Assembly: GCF_002113885.1 (NCBI RefSeq)
Contig: NW_018406081.1
Span: 12,247-76,246, forward strand
DNA length: 64,000 bases
Origin: Mizuhopecten yessoensis
Taxonomy: Eukaryota
Reading direction: 5' to 3'
Numbering within the stretch: position 1 is the first letter of the stretch; each line of letters starts with the position of its first letter. The position numbers and the translations under genes were made by a program. Below, piece by piece: positions 14,223 through 25,299 of this stretch. The notes under the pieces were generated by a model. That model was given only the letters and a program-made list of their open reading frames with translations, did no database searches and had not been told where the DNA came from.

Positions 14223-14535
14223 CTACTTCATGAGCACTATTTCGACATTTTCTTCCGGTTGGTAAGTATCGATTATGAAAAGTTCTTTTTCATACAACCA
14301 ATACATTTTTTTTTGCATTGTACATACGCTTACAGCGTAACCAAAATCGACATCGATTTTGTGGACAACTCGTACACATGTTACACCTTTGTGTGCATAC
14401 GCTTCACTGGTCATTTGTCTGATGAAGGTGACAGTGTAGATATCGTACTAGTCATCGAAACGTCACATAGAAAATTGTATTGGTGGAGTAAAAAAATTCC
14501 TGAGCACTGTATATGGTAACACTGAAGCCGTCCAT
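14223..14535 (-). pseudogene. Decayed ~104-codon ORF antisense to the hammerhead, unknown product
   Basis: ATG at 14535. Removing one base from the A7 run at 14490-14496 joins it to ORF 14223-14414, giving MDGFSVTIYSAQEFFTPPIQFSM*RFDD*YDIYTVTFIRQMTSEAYAHKGVTCVRVVHKIDVDFGYAVSVCTMQKKMYWLYEKELFIIDTYQPEENVEIVLMK. TATATAAG lies upstream at 14608-14601. Confidence 0.35.
14414..14470 (+). ncRNA. Minimal type I hammerhead ribozyme (Penelope-like-element type)
   Basis: Core CTGATGA at 14419-14425, an extra A, stem II GGTGAC/GTCATC (14427-14432 and 14451-14456), GAAA at 14457-14460, then C-GTC (palindromic ACGT minimal stem III, predicted cleavage after 14464). Stem I (TGT/ACA) is short. Confidence 0.7.
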
Positions 14536-16530
14536 TCACATTAAGAACGAGGTGCATCAGCAGTGAATTCGGATCGACCACTCGTATCCGATACCTTGTA
14601 CTTATATAAATAGCGTTAACAATCGTCGTTACCGACGATTACCGATTTGTGATTATCAAAACGGTCAAGCTGAGAGCAATGTGATGAAGCACACCCGTGG
14701 AATGGCTACTAAGCGGCAGGAAACAGTGTTTAGGAATTATTCGTGCCTGAGGGACGCTCTGTCTACAGTTAGTGAAAATAATGGAGTTTCTGCTTGGAGA
14801 TCTTGCTAGTGCGTTTTGCAGTCGTAATAAAACCTGCAGAAACGGTGATAAAGTCAATATGCAAATAATACTGTAATGAGTTCTGATTTCGTGAATGTGA
14901 ACAACAATAAGGTAGTGTGAGATTTACGGTCTCGTTATGGTTATGTCAGTTCTGTTCCTCCACAAGCAAAACATAACAACACAATTCTTTATAAAATAAA
15001 TTCTTCGTTTTACAACGAAAATGCTAAACTTGCCAAAATTAGCCTATTTGTAGTACAAATCTCTAGCCTTTTCATAGGTAGTAAGTGTCATGAAGAATGG
15101 AATAATGAACGGATTATATATCCATTGAAAGCACAGATGTGAGAATCTAAAATGTTATTGAAAACTAAAACAAGAAAGTAATGAAGATTTTCTGTTGATA
15201 AAGTCATTAAATAATGAATTGATGACATTGTCGCTCCTATTCTTATCATTTTGTAATAGTTTGTTTTGTATCTTCATTAAGATTCATCAGTTTGCAACAT
15301 TTGATATCAAAATACTACTTCTTACACAAACAATGTACGTATTAAACGTGTCGCAACGGTTCAACACTGGTCCTACCTAATCACAGCTTGACAACGGGAC
15401 TAGTCGGTCTTGGAACGTTGCGACACGAACGTTGTTTGTGTTTTAAGTAAAACTTTGATAGACTTGTTTGTTTGAGTTTTGCTTCTCCACAACTGCTAAG
15501 GTCATATGAAGACGGATGCCCGGGGAGGCGCAATCGTGAGAAAAGATAACGTAAGAGAGAAAAGAAAAGACAGAACCAATGGAGCAGTAGGTCAATTTTG
15601 CTATCATCAAACTCCTCTTGGTAGATACACCGAAACAAACCCCTGATTCCGCAGAAACCCCCACATTAGTCAACTCGTCCGATATGAAGTGGGATAAAGG
15701 CAGGGCCCCTGATTCCCCTGAATCTGCACTTCGAAAAATGAAGGGGTCTAGTCTCAGTTCACACTATCAGAAATGCGTGTGTCTACACTTCGCATCCTTA
15801 CACGCCTGGCGTCTGAAGGACATAACTAGATTGCAAAATAAAATTGCTTGAGGGATGACGTTTCAAACGTGTATCACCTCTAGCTGCACTTGACGTATTT
15901 GGCACATGACGTAGACATCCCTTCCTACATATCCTCTTCAGACGATAGGTCAAAAGAACCAGTAGTACGTGCGTTGTCGTAGGATGTCACGAGCGACGAC
16001 ATGCCTAGCGTTGGCCTGCTGTAGCGTGATGCGACGTTGCTGTCTTAAAATAATGAGATGCAATATTGTCCCTATAGCGCACAAAGGTCAAGTTCCCATC
16101 AATAATCGCAAGAGTGGATCTTCTGTTAGCAGTTATTTCTCCCCGTACCTAAAATAACTTTCCCAATCCAGAGGAGCGGGGTTGGATTACACAAGAGACA
16201 TGTGGTATTTCTCCAGTACGGCAGTAGACCTTCACACGACCGTCAATGCTACCAAGATTATATCTTTATTTGTATGTAAACAGTACACTTGACAATTGCA
16301 CATGTTTGCACCGTAAGTACCGGTTACACACTTCTAATCTAAAAAGGTCGTATTGCTGGGAACTGCGACCGGTTACTGTGCTTACTCAAACGATTTTGCA
16401 CGGGCCTTACTGATTTGTCTGAACGGAACTATTGCGAGCAGTCAAAATTGACGTTTGGAAATGTGGTCGTCAAGTCTTGACATAACACGCGACAAGCCGG
16501 ATCTTGATCAGTCTCGGGTAGGAATCGAAT

Positions 16531-17006
16531 CCTATGCTGACACTTGTAGGCATTTTAATCTTTACAGCCTCCAACATAGATGGGCATTTTAGACTGCGTG
16601 TTTCTTTACAAATGTGTTGAAAAGTGCTTTTGTTTGCCCATATTTAGTGAAGCAAATGCATTTTTTAGTCCCTGGTCGTAAACTACGGTCAATTCGTTTC
16701 AATCAGTTTTACTGCCAGAGAAGTAGAATTAACGTTAGAAAGTACATTTTTTTAGGCAGGATTCAATGTAATTTCAACTATCTTGATTTTGCACCAGACT
16801 GTGATATGTTTTGTTCCTCTCTCGCAGAGTTCAAAGCACGGTTAAAGAATATTTGCTATCACTAATTCCTTTTGTTTTACATATGAGTATCTTTTAGTAT
16901 GTGTTACATGCATAACTGACTGTGATATTTTATACTTGTGTTGTATTGTTGTCCATTATGTAAGCGGATCCTTGGGTCTGTTGAATTGGAAAAAAAAAAA
17001 AAAAAA
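16531..17006 (+). mobile_element. 3' end of a CR1/Jockey-group LINE with poly(A) tail
   Basis: Translation SYADTCRHFNLYSLQHR...VLKSAFVCPYLVKQMHFLVPGRKLR...SRINVRKY...DMFCSSLAEFKARL matches the pattern of CR1-like ORF2 C-termini (Y..RC..L.L.SL..RR; CP.L....F.VP.R.LR; S...FK..L). A short 3' UTR ends in A17 at 16990-17006. Confidence 0.75.
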
Positions 17007-18974
17007 TATATCTTCAAACCCTGTTTTACCGCCAAGTGTTCTCTTGACAAATCATACTAGGGTTTAACTGCGTTACAGATGATGCACGAAAGGCACGCGC
17101 AATGGTTTCAAATGTTCACAAAAATATACTGGTTAACACATTAATTCACTCCTTTAAGGTCCATGCCAAAACATGTTCAGGCTTCTTTTTTTTTAGTTTT
17201 TTAGAGATGCACAGATACTTTAGATTGACACATTCGAAATATTTCGTTTTTTACGATCTCAAGTTTACGACATTTCCTATTGTGTTTATGAATAAATCTA
17301 GTGTGTGTCTCACCTCCTCCTACATACAGACCCTGCTACATATCATTTCATGATCGTTATAGGCGATGAGTATGGAAATCCCTTTAGAATCTTTTCCACT
17401 TGTGCTTTTCCTTTCTTTCATTTTTTCGCCGCGAAATAGCAGATTTTCTAATATAGTATAATATAGTGATTTCGTCATTTGGCTGTTTTCACTGTCCGGA
17501 GCTTGTGTTTTCGCCAAGACAAACAAATCGATTAGCAGTAGATTTCAACTTAATAACTTGCTATTCGTGTCACACGTATTTTCTTTTCGTCTTTTTGTTA
17601 CATGTATTTCGCGAGGAAATAACGTGGAAAGATAGGAGAAAACTGTGATCTCTTTTTTCGGCTACTATTTTTATCAATTACAACATTGTATACGGTGCAG
17701 TTTTTAGCTAAAAAGCCACGCTAAAGCGCATTTAAGAGCATACATATGTAATGCACATAAGAAAAAAGGTACAAATCAATACAGTTTGAGGGTTTGTTTT
17801 ATCTGGCGCTAACTACATGTACTAGACCAATGCCACCCGGCTTATACAGCTAACAAGTCAGTGAAAGTCTGTGTATTAGAATGAAAAGCCTTCTGCTTTG
17901 TCATAGAGTCGTGCGTCAAATAGCGTCTTTTCGTAGTGCTCATGTTTCTGTTTCAGCACAGACATGCACCATTCAAAGACCATGATATAGTCCGCTTGAG
18001 TTGTTGGAGTTGTACTGAGAGAAGAAACAATGAAAATGAAAATGTCAAAATGAACTCCAGTCTTCAGCGCGGAAAGCCGATATACTTACTACTAGGCCTG
18101 ATTCATCTGTTTGATATGGTCTCTAAACGAAATACGGAGAAACGCCACACATAATCATAGTAATGTTCTGAAGTAGAGGTCGGTGTCTGCGGTAGAGATT
18201 TGATCACGAAAACACTTGTACCGTCACGCAAATAGGCATCATTAGACATTCCCAGGTTACCCGGTTCAAACACATGATCACCTAGACGCTTGTGTTATCA
18301 CGCTTTATTGACAATTGATATTCATAATAAGTTGCTAGATCCTCTCAACCGCAAGCACGTCGGCTTACAATATACTGTACCATCTCGATAATTTTTGAGG
18401 AATTTGTCTCAGACAGCTCGATGACCCTCACCCTTCCATTCACTATATTGAGTCAGAGTGGTTCGAGTTATCAATAATCGACAAGGTCCAAGCGAAGACA
18501 CGCAGCCATTGATAAGGTCATGACCTCTATGCTTTGTTTTTTTAGTAGATCACGTGGGGTTCCGAGTCGATATCGATACATAAAGCCGCAGTATTCCGTC
18601 TGCAAAATTACCATTTGAATAAAAAACCGGATGGCGATTGTTAATGATGTCAATGACCTTGGCTCACCCAGACACGTCATGAAATTGATTATTAATGACC
18701 TCCTAAAAAGTTGCATATGTGTGCCGCCTCGTAACAGAGTAAACCAGTTAAAAAACTGCACAAGAATAACCTTCATTCATCATTACTTCCTGCGGTTTTC
18801 GCAAATATGAATTGGAATGGTGTTACTGTTGTAATTCTATTGCATTTTGAGATTTACGTCGGTGTTTCGTGATTATACTGTAAATGGTATATATACACTT
18901 TGTTTATTTCACAACAATTATGAAACATATTATTACAACTTATACAAATCACTCGCGTGTGCCCGGATGTTACC

Positions 18975-19167
18975 GCGTGTAATATCGGAGGAAATCGGAG
19001 TACCCGAGAAAATCGGAGGAAATCGGAGTACAAAATGTACCCGAGAAAACCTACGTGATCTGGCAGAACCCCCAAACCTTGTTATGACTAATTGGGAAAT
19101 CGAACCACGGCCGTCTCGGTGCAATGCGAGTGCACTGCCGTCCTCTTGCGCCACCGAACCACCCGAT
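18975..19167 (-). mobile_element. tRNA-derived SINE with V-domain-like core
   Basis: The minus strand has A-box-like GGTTCGGTGG, B-box GGTTCGATTTCC, then GGTTTTCTCGGGTACTCCGATTTCCTCC (V-SINE-like core). Part of the core is tandemly duplicated. Confidence 0.75.
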
Positions 19168-22100
19168 TACAGGAACACTGTAGCAAAATTCGTTTCAAAG
19201 CTCGCTTTGCGACTGTATAATCACAATATACCGCCGCAAATCTCAAAATAGAGTAGGAATATCACCTAAGTAGACCCTTACCCTACTGAAGTCTCGAGGT
19301 ATTAAATCAGACAAAACAAATATCATGAGGACAACGATTTGAAATGTATGCTAACACTCTGTCACAGTAATTTTAGCTCCAAAACTCCAACAGATATGTT
19401 TAGGATTTCCAAATTGTAGGCTAGCCATTTTTCAAAGTAAGACTAAACATCACAGACCACATGCTCACTTTATGATGCATTATTAAAGTCACGAACCCGA
19501 TTGTTAAGATTATCTACAAAGGCCAAATTTAGAGCTAACTCCTACGCGATTCATAGACGTTTCGACAACACAGAACAGATAACTGCTTTTAATATCGACG
19601 TTTGTAATCTCAAACTTGTTTTATGAAACATTTAACATCAAATTATGAAATGCGATATTGTTATTGTGATTTGCTTTGCACGCTACATAGACGGATACGA
19701 TTACAATATCGCTCTTTGAAGTAATGCGGATATCTGTCGTACTGAAGTTATCTCAGCTTTATTGCGGATTTCTCTGGTTGAACCGTACGGTCGTCATAAC
19801 AAACTAATTTCCGATTATAGGACTTTAATGTTTACAATCATGCTCAGCTAAAACCTCGCTAATTAGACAAGGCATAAAATAATTGTGTACTTTTTAAAAC
19901 AATACAGAACTTCATATTAAAAGACAAGTTATCCTTTTAAACATGGGATATAACTGATAGAATACAAATATTTGTAGTTCGAAGCTGTTCATGCGGAACA
20001 TAACATCATCTGAATGTTTCCAAAGTTTTAATATGTTTCTGCAGCCTTATTAATCCTTTACAGTCTATGTTCTGCGTATTCTGCGCGTCACATAACAAAA
20101 TGGAACCCATCCGCACTACAATTATATGAATTTATATTATTCAATTTACAAATTTGTTCTACAGAAACCACAGGCTTGAGTGTCTGCCTGTTTCGATGGC
20201 GTGGGAGAAGGAGCCACAGCCAACACTATATAACACTTAACGTGTATTCTTATCAAATGATTGGTGACTCACTAACATTTCTGTAATGAACAGGAGACAT
20301 TAAGTGAGGTGCATCAGTTCAAATTCATTTTACCGTTTTGAAGACTCCTTGTAATATCTTCAGATTCTCTTTTAGATTCTATTAAGTTTGTCTCTGCTTG
20401 AATTTTGTTTCATTTTGTCCTTTGCTCTTTGTGTCGTCTGTTCATGTCGAGTTTGGATAATACAGTTCCTTTTTTTGTGTTTTTGATCTGTATCTTGCTA
20501 AAACGTGACCCAGAGAAAAGTGCCCGGTATACATTCTCTGGTATAAAATGACAGTGTTTACCTCTCATGATCAGATAGTAGGACAAAGAAGGTCAAGAGT
20601 TCTACAACGAATGAAGCATCTAATGCTATGTAGCAATATGTTGCACCACGATTTGATTGTGTTTGTTTTGGGATCTCACGTCTCAGTATTACTGTACAAA
20701 GGAAATACTATGGTGTCGGCATTTTGTTTCGGACATCTTGTTCATTGTTCTTAACATCGTTGTAAGCTTAGTGGTGTTTCTTAACATCAATGTAAGTAAT
20801 AATGACTGCCATTAAATGTCAATAACGTGTATATTTTAATTTCTATTATCGACTATTATCATAATTTTGTTAAATACATCTTTTTCACTGTGTTTTCTCA
20901 TAATTGTCAATAACGTGATTAATTTTAGTTCAAATTATCGACTGTTATAATAATTTTCATTTCGAGTAATCAATGGTGTTCGGCATTGTCTGTGGATTCA
21001 CGTATATGTCGCCGCCAGACAGCTCTTGCGGTCATCACGTCAAGACTAAGCTCTGGCCAATGTCCTAGCGATTTTTAGCCTTTAAACATTAGCTAATAGT
21101 CGGAGAAGGTCTAGACCTGACAAAACCAATAAATTCCGACCCTGTATTACATACAAAACCTGTTCACACGATATTGAGTGCCAACGTCAGTGAAATATGA
21201 CAAAAATATATCGCAAAAAAACACATAAAAAGAAGGAATTCATTCTCTAAATGAACAAAAACATCGATTAGGGAGAAAGCGAAGGAAATATAGATCTTTA
21301 CTGCGCAATGTTTTTCTATTCTTCTCTTTTCACATATTGTCCTATAGCTATCTTTTTAATTCAGTTTCCTCTTTTATCTTCTCACACTGGTTTGGCAGTA
21401 TGTATTGAACAAATATACACGTCATAATCATTCGGAATATCTCGGACGACAGTCATTCGGAAGATCTCGCCCTAACGCATACGTATAGCAAACTGTCGTT
21501 AATCATCTCAATTGATATACCACTTCATATTTTCAAATCTAGACATTTGCTGAATTAAAACGGAACCACATGCAAACTGTCGTTAAACACTTAAACAAGC
21601 TGCGACTGTAATTAATTTACCATTGGAAACAGAAAATCTGACTTAAGAACAAATTACATGTGAAGGAGACGAGTAATTGTTAGTCAAGTACTGAAGACAT
21701 TACACAGGAGACTCCATCTGGTGTTAAATTACATCCTTTAAACAAGACAGACGACTCATTTATTTTGCACTTCTCCTGTCGGTGTAGCCAACAAAAAAAT
21801 CCCGGACATTAAATTCTGGGAATCATTACAGTTATTTCCCATTGTATATTACACAATCCTCAAGACCTTGTCGTAAAACAAAAGCTGGTGTCGCCAATCT
21901 ATTACGAGTTTGATCGACGGTTATTACCCTATACTCGTGTGATATAATGTACGCGGATCTGGGGGTGACAGGGAGTGGGCGTGTACCCTTCTACAGTTAA
22001 AACGACTTCGTCTGCAAGATTTCCTTTTATATTTGCTCCATATTAACGGAACGAGGCCACACAATGAGCTCTGGAATTTACATACTCTCAAAATGGTAGT

Positions 22101-22194
22101 TGTGTAAAAAGAAGCAAAGAAAATACAGCAACAATATTGCATAAAAGGATACTTATCCAAAGGAACAAAAACATTAAAAAATATTTTTGTTTTC

Positions 22195-22425
22195 GGCCAG
22201 CAGTGGCCGAGTGGTAATTAAGGCGTCTGACCGTCTCTTCAAAATGTTTCCAAATCATTGACAAAGTAAACTTGAGTTATTAGGTTATAACAAGAACAAA
22301 AATTTAGGCTTGAGCACAAAATCCATGCTTGTGCATGGGTATAGTTTCATAAATACGTGCCCAGCCCTCCACCACTGGGTTGCGGGTTCGATTCCTACGT
22401 GGGACAGTCGCCGTATTTTGGCCAG
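22195..22425 (+). mobile_element. tRNA-derived SINE head interrupted by a MITE
   Basis: A-box TGGCCGAGTGG at 22204 and B-box GGGTTCGATTCC at ~22384. The body matches the SINE at 57256 (agccctc..ccactgggt.gcgggttcga..gtggg.cagtcgcc). Confidence 0.75.
22231..22362. mobile_element. MITE, PIF/Harbinger-like family (right half, nested in the SINE)
   Basis: TTGAGCACAAAATCCATGCTTGTGCATGGGTATAGTTTCATAAATACGTGCCC matches the right end of the copies at 14166-14217 and 25250-25299. Confidence 0.7.
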
Positions 22426-22434
22426 GCACTCCAG

Positions 22435-22895
22435 AAATCTTAGTAGGACTAAACTACTGTTGAAGTATCAGAGGAGGTGCATAAAAACCCTATGAATTTC
22501 AAAAATTTAAAGTAGTCCTGAGTAATTTATTATAGTTACGGCAAACCTCGGGTACTAAACACACACCATCAGAGTCTACCACCTTGTATCTTGAAAGGTG
22601 AAGGTATTACACACACAGGTGGTTGCACCTTCAAAATCTATTTATAGAAACAGTTTGCAAAAAAATGTAATTCTCTGCATCATACAGCTGTTTCGTCTTT
22701 CTTGGACTCCTCGTTGATGCTACGTGCCAAAAAGTTGGAAATCCGAATAGGTATAAAGTACTGTTGAAACAGAAGGAGGTATGCATAAAACACCTTAATT
22801 TATTAGTTTAAAAAATTACGAGCACTTAGTTAGTTTTCAATTAATAAACCGTGTATATTATGAACAATTCCACTTCTATTTAAAGGTTGGCAATA
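22435..22895 (-). mobile_element. Retrozyme-like tandem element (~1.4 units) with a decayed minimal hammerhead at 22677-22720
   Basis: Minus strand: GCATCA-ACGAGGA-GTCC AAGAA AGAC-GAAAC-AGCT-GTA-TGATGC. Stem I is a perfect 6 bp and stem III is the palindrome ACAGCTGT. The direct repeat TACTGTTGAA..GGAGGT..GCATAAAA occurs at 22455 and 22759 (period 304). The element is homologous to 29889-30280. Confidence 0.75.
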
Positions 22896-24119
22896 ATGTT
22901 TACAAGGCACATCGCCTTACGCATCTTGTATTGATATTATCACAAATCAACAGGCCTACTGTTTACTGTCACATGGATTATGAAAAAGTCCGTCGTGCTA
23001 AAATACTTGAAGCTTTTAACGCACGTAAAAATGTAGAACAACGCTGGAAAAGCGACTAAAATCAAGCTTCAAGTCTCATTAATCGTGAATTTCTAAAATT
23101 AACCTTTTTATTTGATATCAGGTTGTAAAAATAATACCCCATTAACACGTTAAGGCCATACCATGAGCATGGGATAGCATAGTGAACGGACTCCAAAAAA
23201 TAAATTGAATGTGAACAAAAAGAGATTACCAATGTGTCAACAAATCTGAAATCGAACTGGGGTAAAATATGAACTTAATATAGATTCGCATAGATACGCC
23301 AAAAAACCTACAAGGAGAATAAGAATTTTGGAGAGACTCGGGACGGAATATCGTTTACTATGTTTAATCTTGACCTTTTGACCCTGTGACATTTTTTCAA
23401 GTCAGTGTCACGAATAGGGGTTTGAGTCTATGATTGAGCATCTCTAATTCGTTAATTTCAACACCTATAAAGCGCATATTTACAAAACAAAAAATGCTTA
23501 CTAATAGTGTCGAGGCAAATAAAACAAAGGTACATGTGAATACATTTGTTTAAAGAATGACTCTGGGCGCCGAATTTCAACAGTGCGTTAAACTAGATGA
23601 GCGAAAATAATCTGACGTGTACAGTACATGCCATTGATGTCATAAAGTGCTTGTATACGGTCGTTGTAAGCTTGGCTCGCGATATACACGAACCACATGT
23701 TACACGACCATTCTACGCGTGTTTACGACCCGTGTGTTGTTCCGGTAGATGGTCACAATGATTACGAAATGTCACCAGGATAATTATCAGCAATGATCGA
23801 TACCTATGTCGTACACAACGACACAACGAACGTGACCTTGAATCCACCTTGATGATCACAAAAGGGAGTTGAGTATAAACAAAGGAACCACAATATTTTG
23901 AGATTTATTTTTTTCTTAATTTTGCTTATATTTTTTGTGAATGCTTATTTTCGTAAATACTTAGTTTTGCAAATTTATTTTTAGCATGCTTCTCTTTAAC
24001 ACATGTCCATTTACTAAATATTTTCATGTGTATAATACACTTTTTTTCTTCTGCTCACAACTCCAATTATCTAGGTGGAATATACAAATGATTTGGGGTG
24101 GATGTTGCGGAATTTATGC

Positions 24120-24410
24120 TCTATCATTCACGTGAGGTGGCACTAAAATGATGCCATTGGAAACACGGTCCCACTACAAACAGAACACATTAGATCTCCA
24201 CAACACACGCACGCATACACACACAGGGAGATATACTGTAAGACAGGTGGTGTAGGGCAAGTTGTAAGCTTCTAAAAAGTGTATCGATGGATGTACTATC
24301 TAATTATGTTTTAATTGTATTGATTGTATAAATTGTACCCCTATGTACAGTAAAGCGATTTATAATGGCTTAATCCAGCTAGATAGGGCGCTATATCAAA
24401 GGTTGTAATT
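24120..24410 (+). mobile_element. SINE body with CA-rich linker and L2-like tail
   Basis: Shares acacacgca..gagatat..caggtgg..ttgtattgattgtat..tagggcg.tatatcaaa with 31485-31715. Confidence 0.6.
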
Positions 24411-25035
24411 TTTTCCTAAAGGGGGAGGAACTTATATAAACACATGTTGATTGTTATCGGTTCTTAAAAGTGCAAGATGTGTTATGAGATGGTGAAGGAT
24501 CGTGGTTTTAAATAGATATTTTCTATTTGTGTCTTGCTCCTAGAAGGACGAATCGGCTTTTAGAAGCAGTGTTCGTTATTTTTGGCATACTGTATCTATC
24601 ACCAACTTTTAAATGTACAAATATGATTTTTTATGTTACCATCCATCTCTAAAACGTCCATTTGTTCACGCGCAATAGAGAAGGTTTGAACCTACTTACC
24701 GTATCTCTAAGACAGATCACCTGTACGTGACTTGATTGATTCTAAATTGATTCCGTGGACTTTTAATATTTGATCTGCTGCCTCCAGTGTAGCATTCTGG
24801 ATCAATCTTCTCCTGTCTCTTTTTAGTACCTTTTCATTTCTGCGGTGTTTTATAAGGCACGCCTGGTTAGACCGTCGTCTCAATTATATGGCCATGGAGG
24901 TAGTCGTTATTGCATTGCTTGAATGTCACATTTCAGTGTTGTTGCAATTTGAATTGTCCTTTTGATGTCCTCATGACCACCGGGAACTGCTCTTATACAC
25001 ATTAACTGTTGCAACTGTCCTTCCTTAAAACATCT

Positions 25036-25299
25036 GGGCCCTTATTCATGAAACTGTTCTCATGCTAAAGCATGGCTTGTGTGCACAATAATAATGCCTC
25101 GTATAAGTGATGAAATAATTCAATAGAAAATCTTATTTGTTCAATAACTTGGAAAAGAAAAGAAGTGATTTAAAGCCGAATACTGTCTTCAATGTTTTGA
25201 CTTTTTGATTGTGTTATATAGTTTTAGTGAGTTACAAGAAAGCTGGTTTGATCATTGCATCCATGCTTGAGAATGCTAACAGTTTCATTAATACGGGCC
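25036..25299. mobile_element. MITE, PIF/Harbinger-like family (best preserved copy)
   Basis: TIRs GGGCCCTTATTCATGAAACTGTTCTCATGCTAAAGCATGG and CCATGCTTGAGAATGCTAACAGTTTCATTAATACGGGCC. Confidence 0.8.

Noticed and set aside
15377-15730. Possible minus-strand exon (ORF 15381-15638, weak donor at 15376)
   Set aside because: All frames stop before the donor and no homology is recognised. It could be a non-coding exon, but this is unsupported.
20815-20960. ~88-bp local tandem duplication
   Set aside because: Ordinary diverged AT-rich duplication with no further structure.
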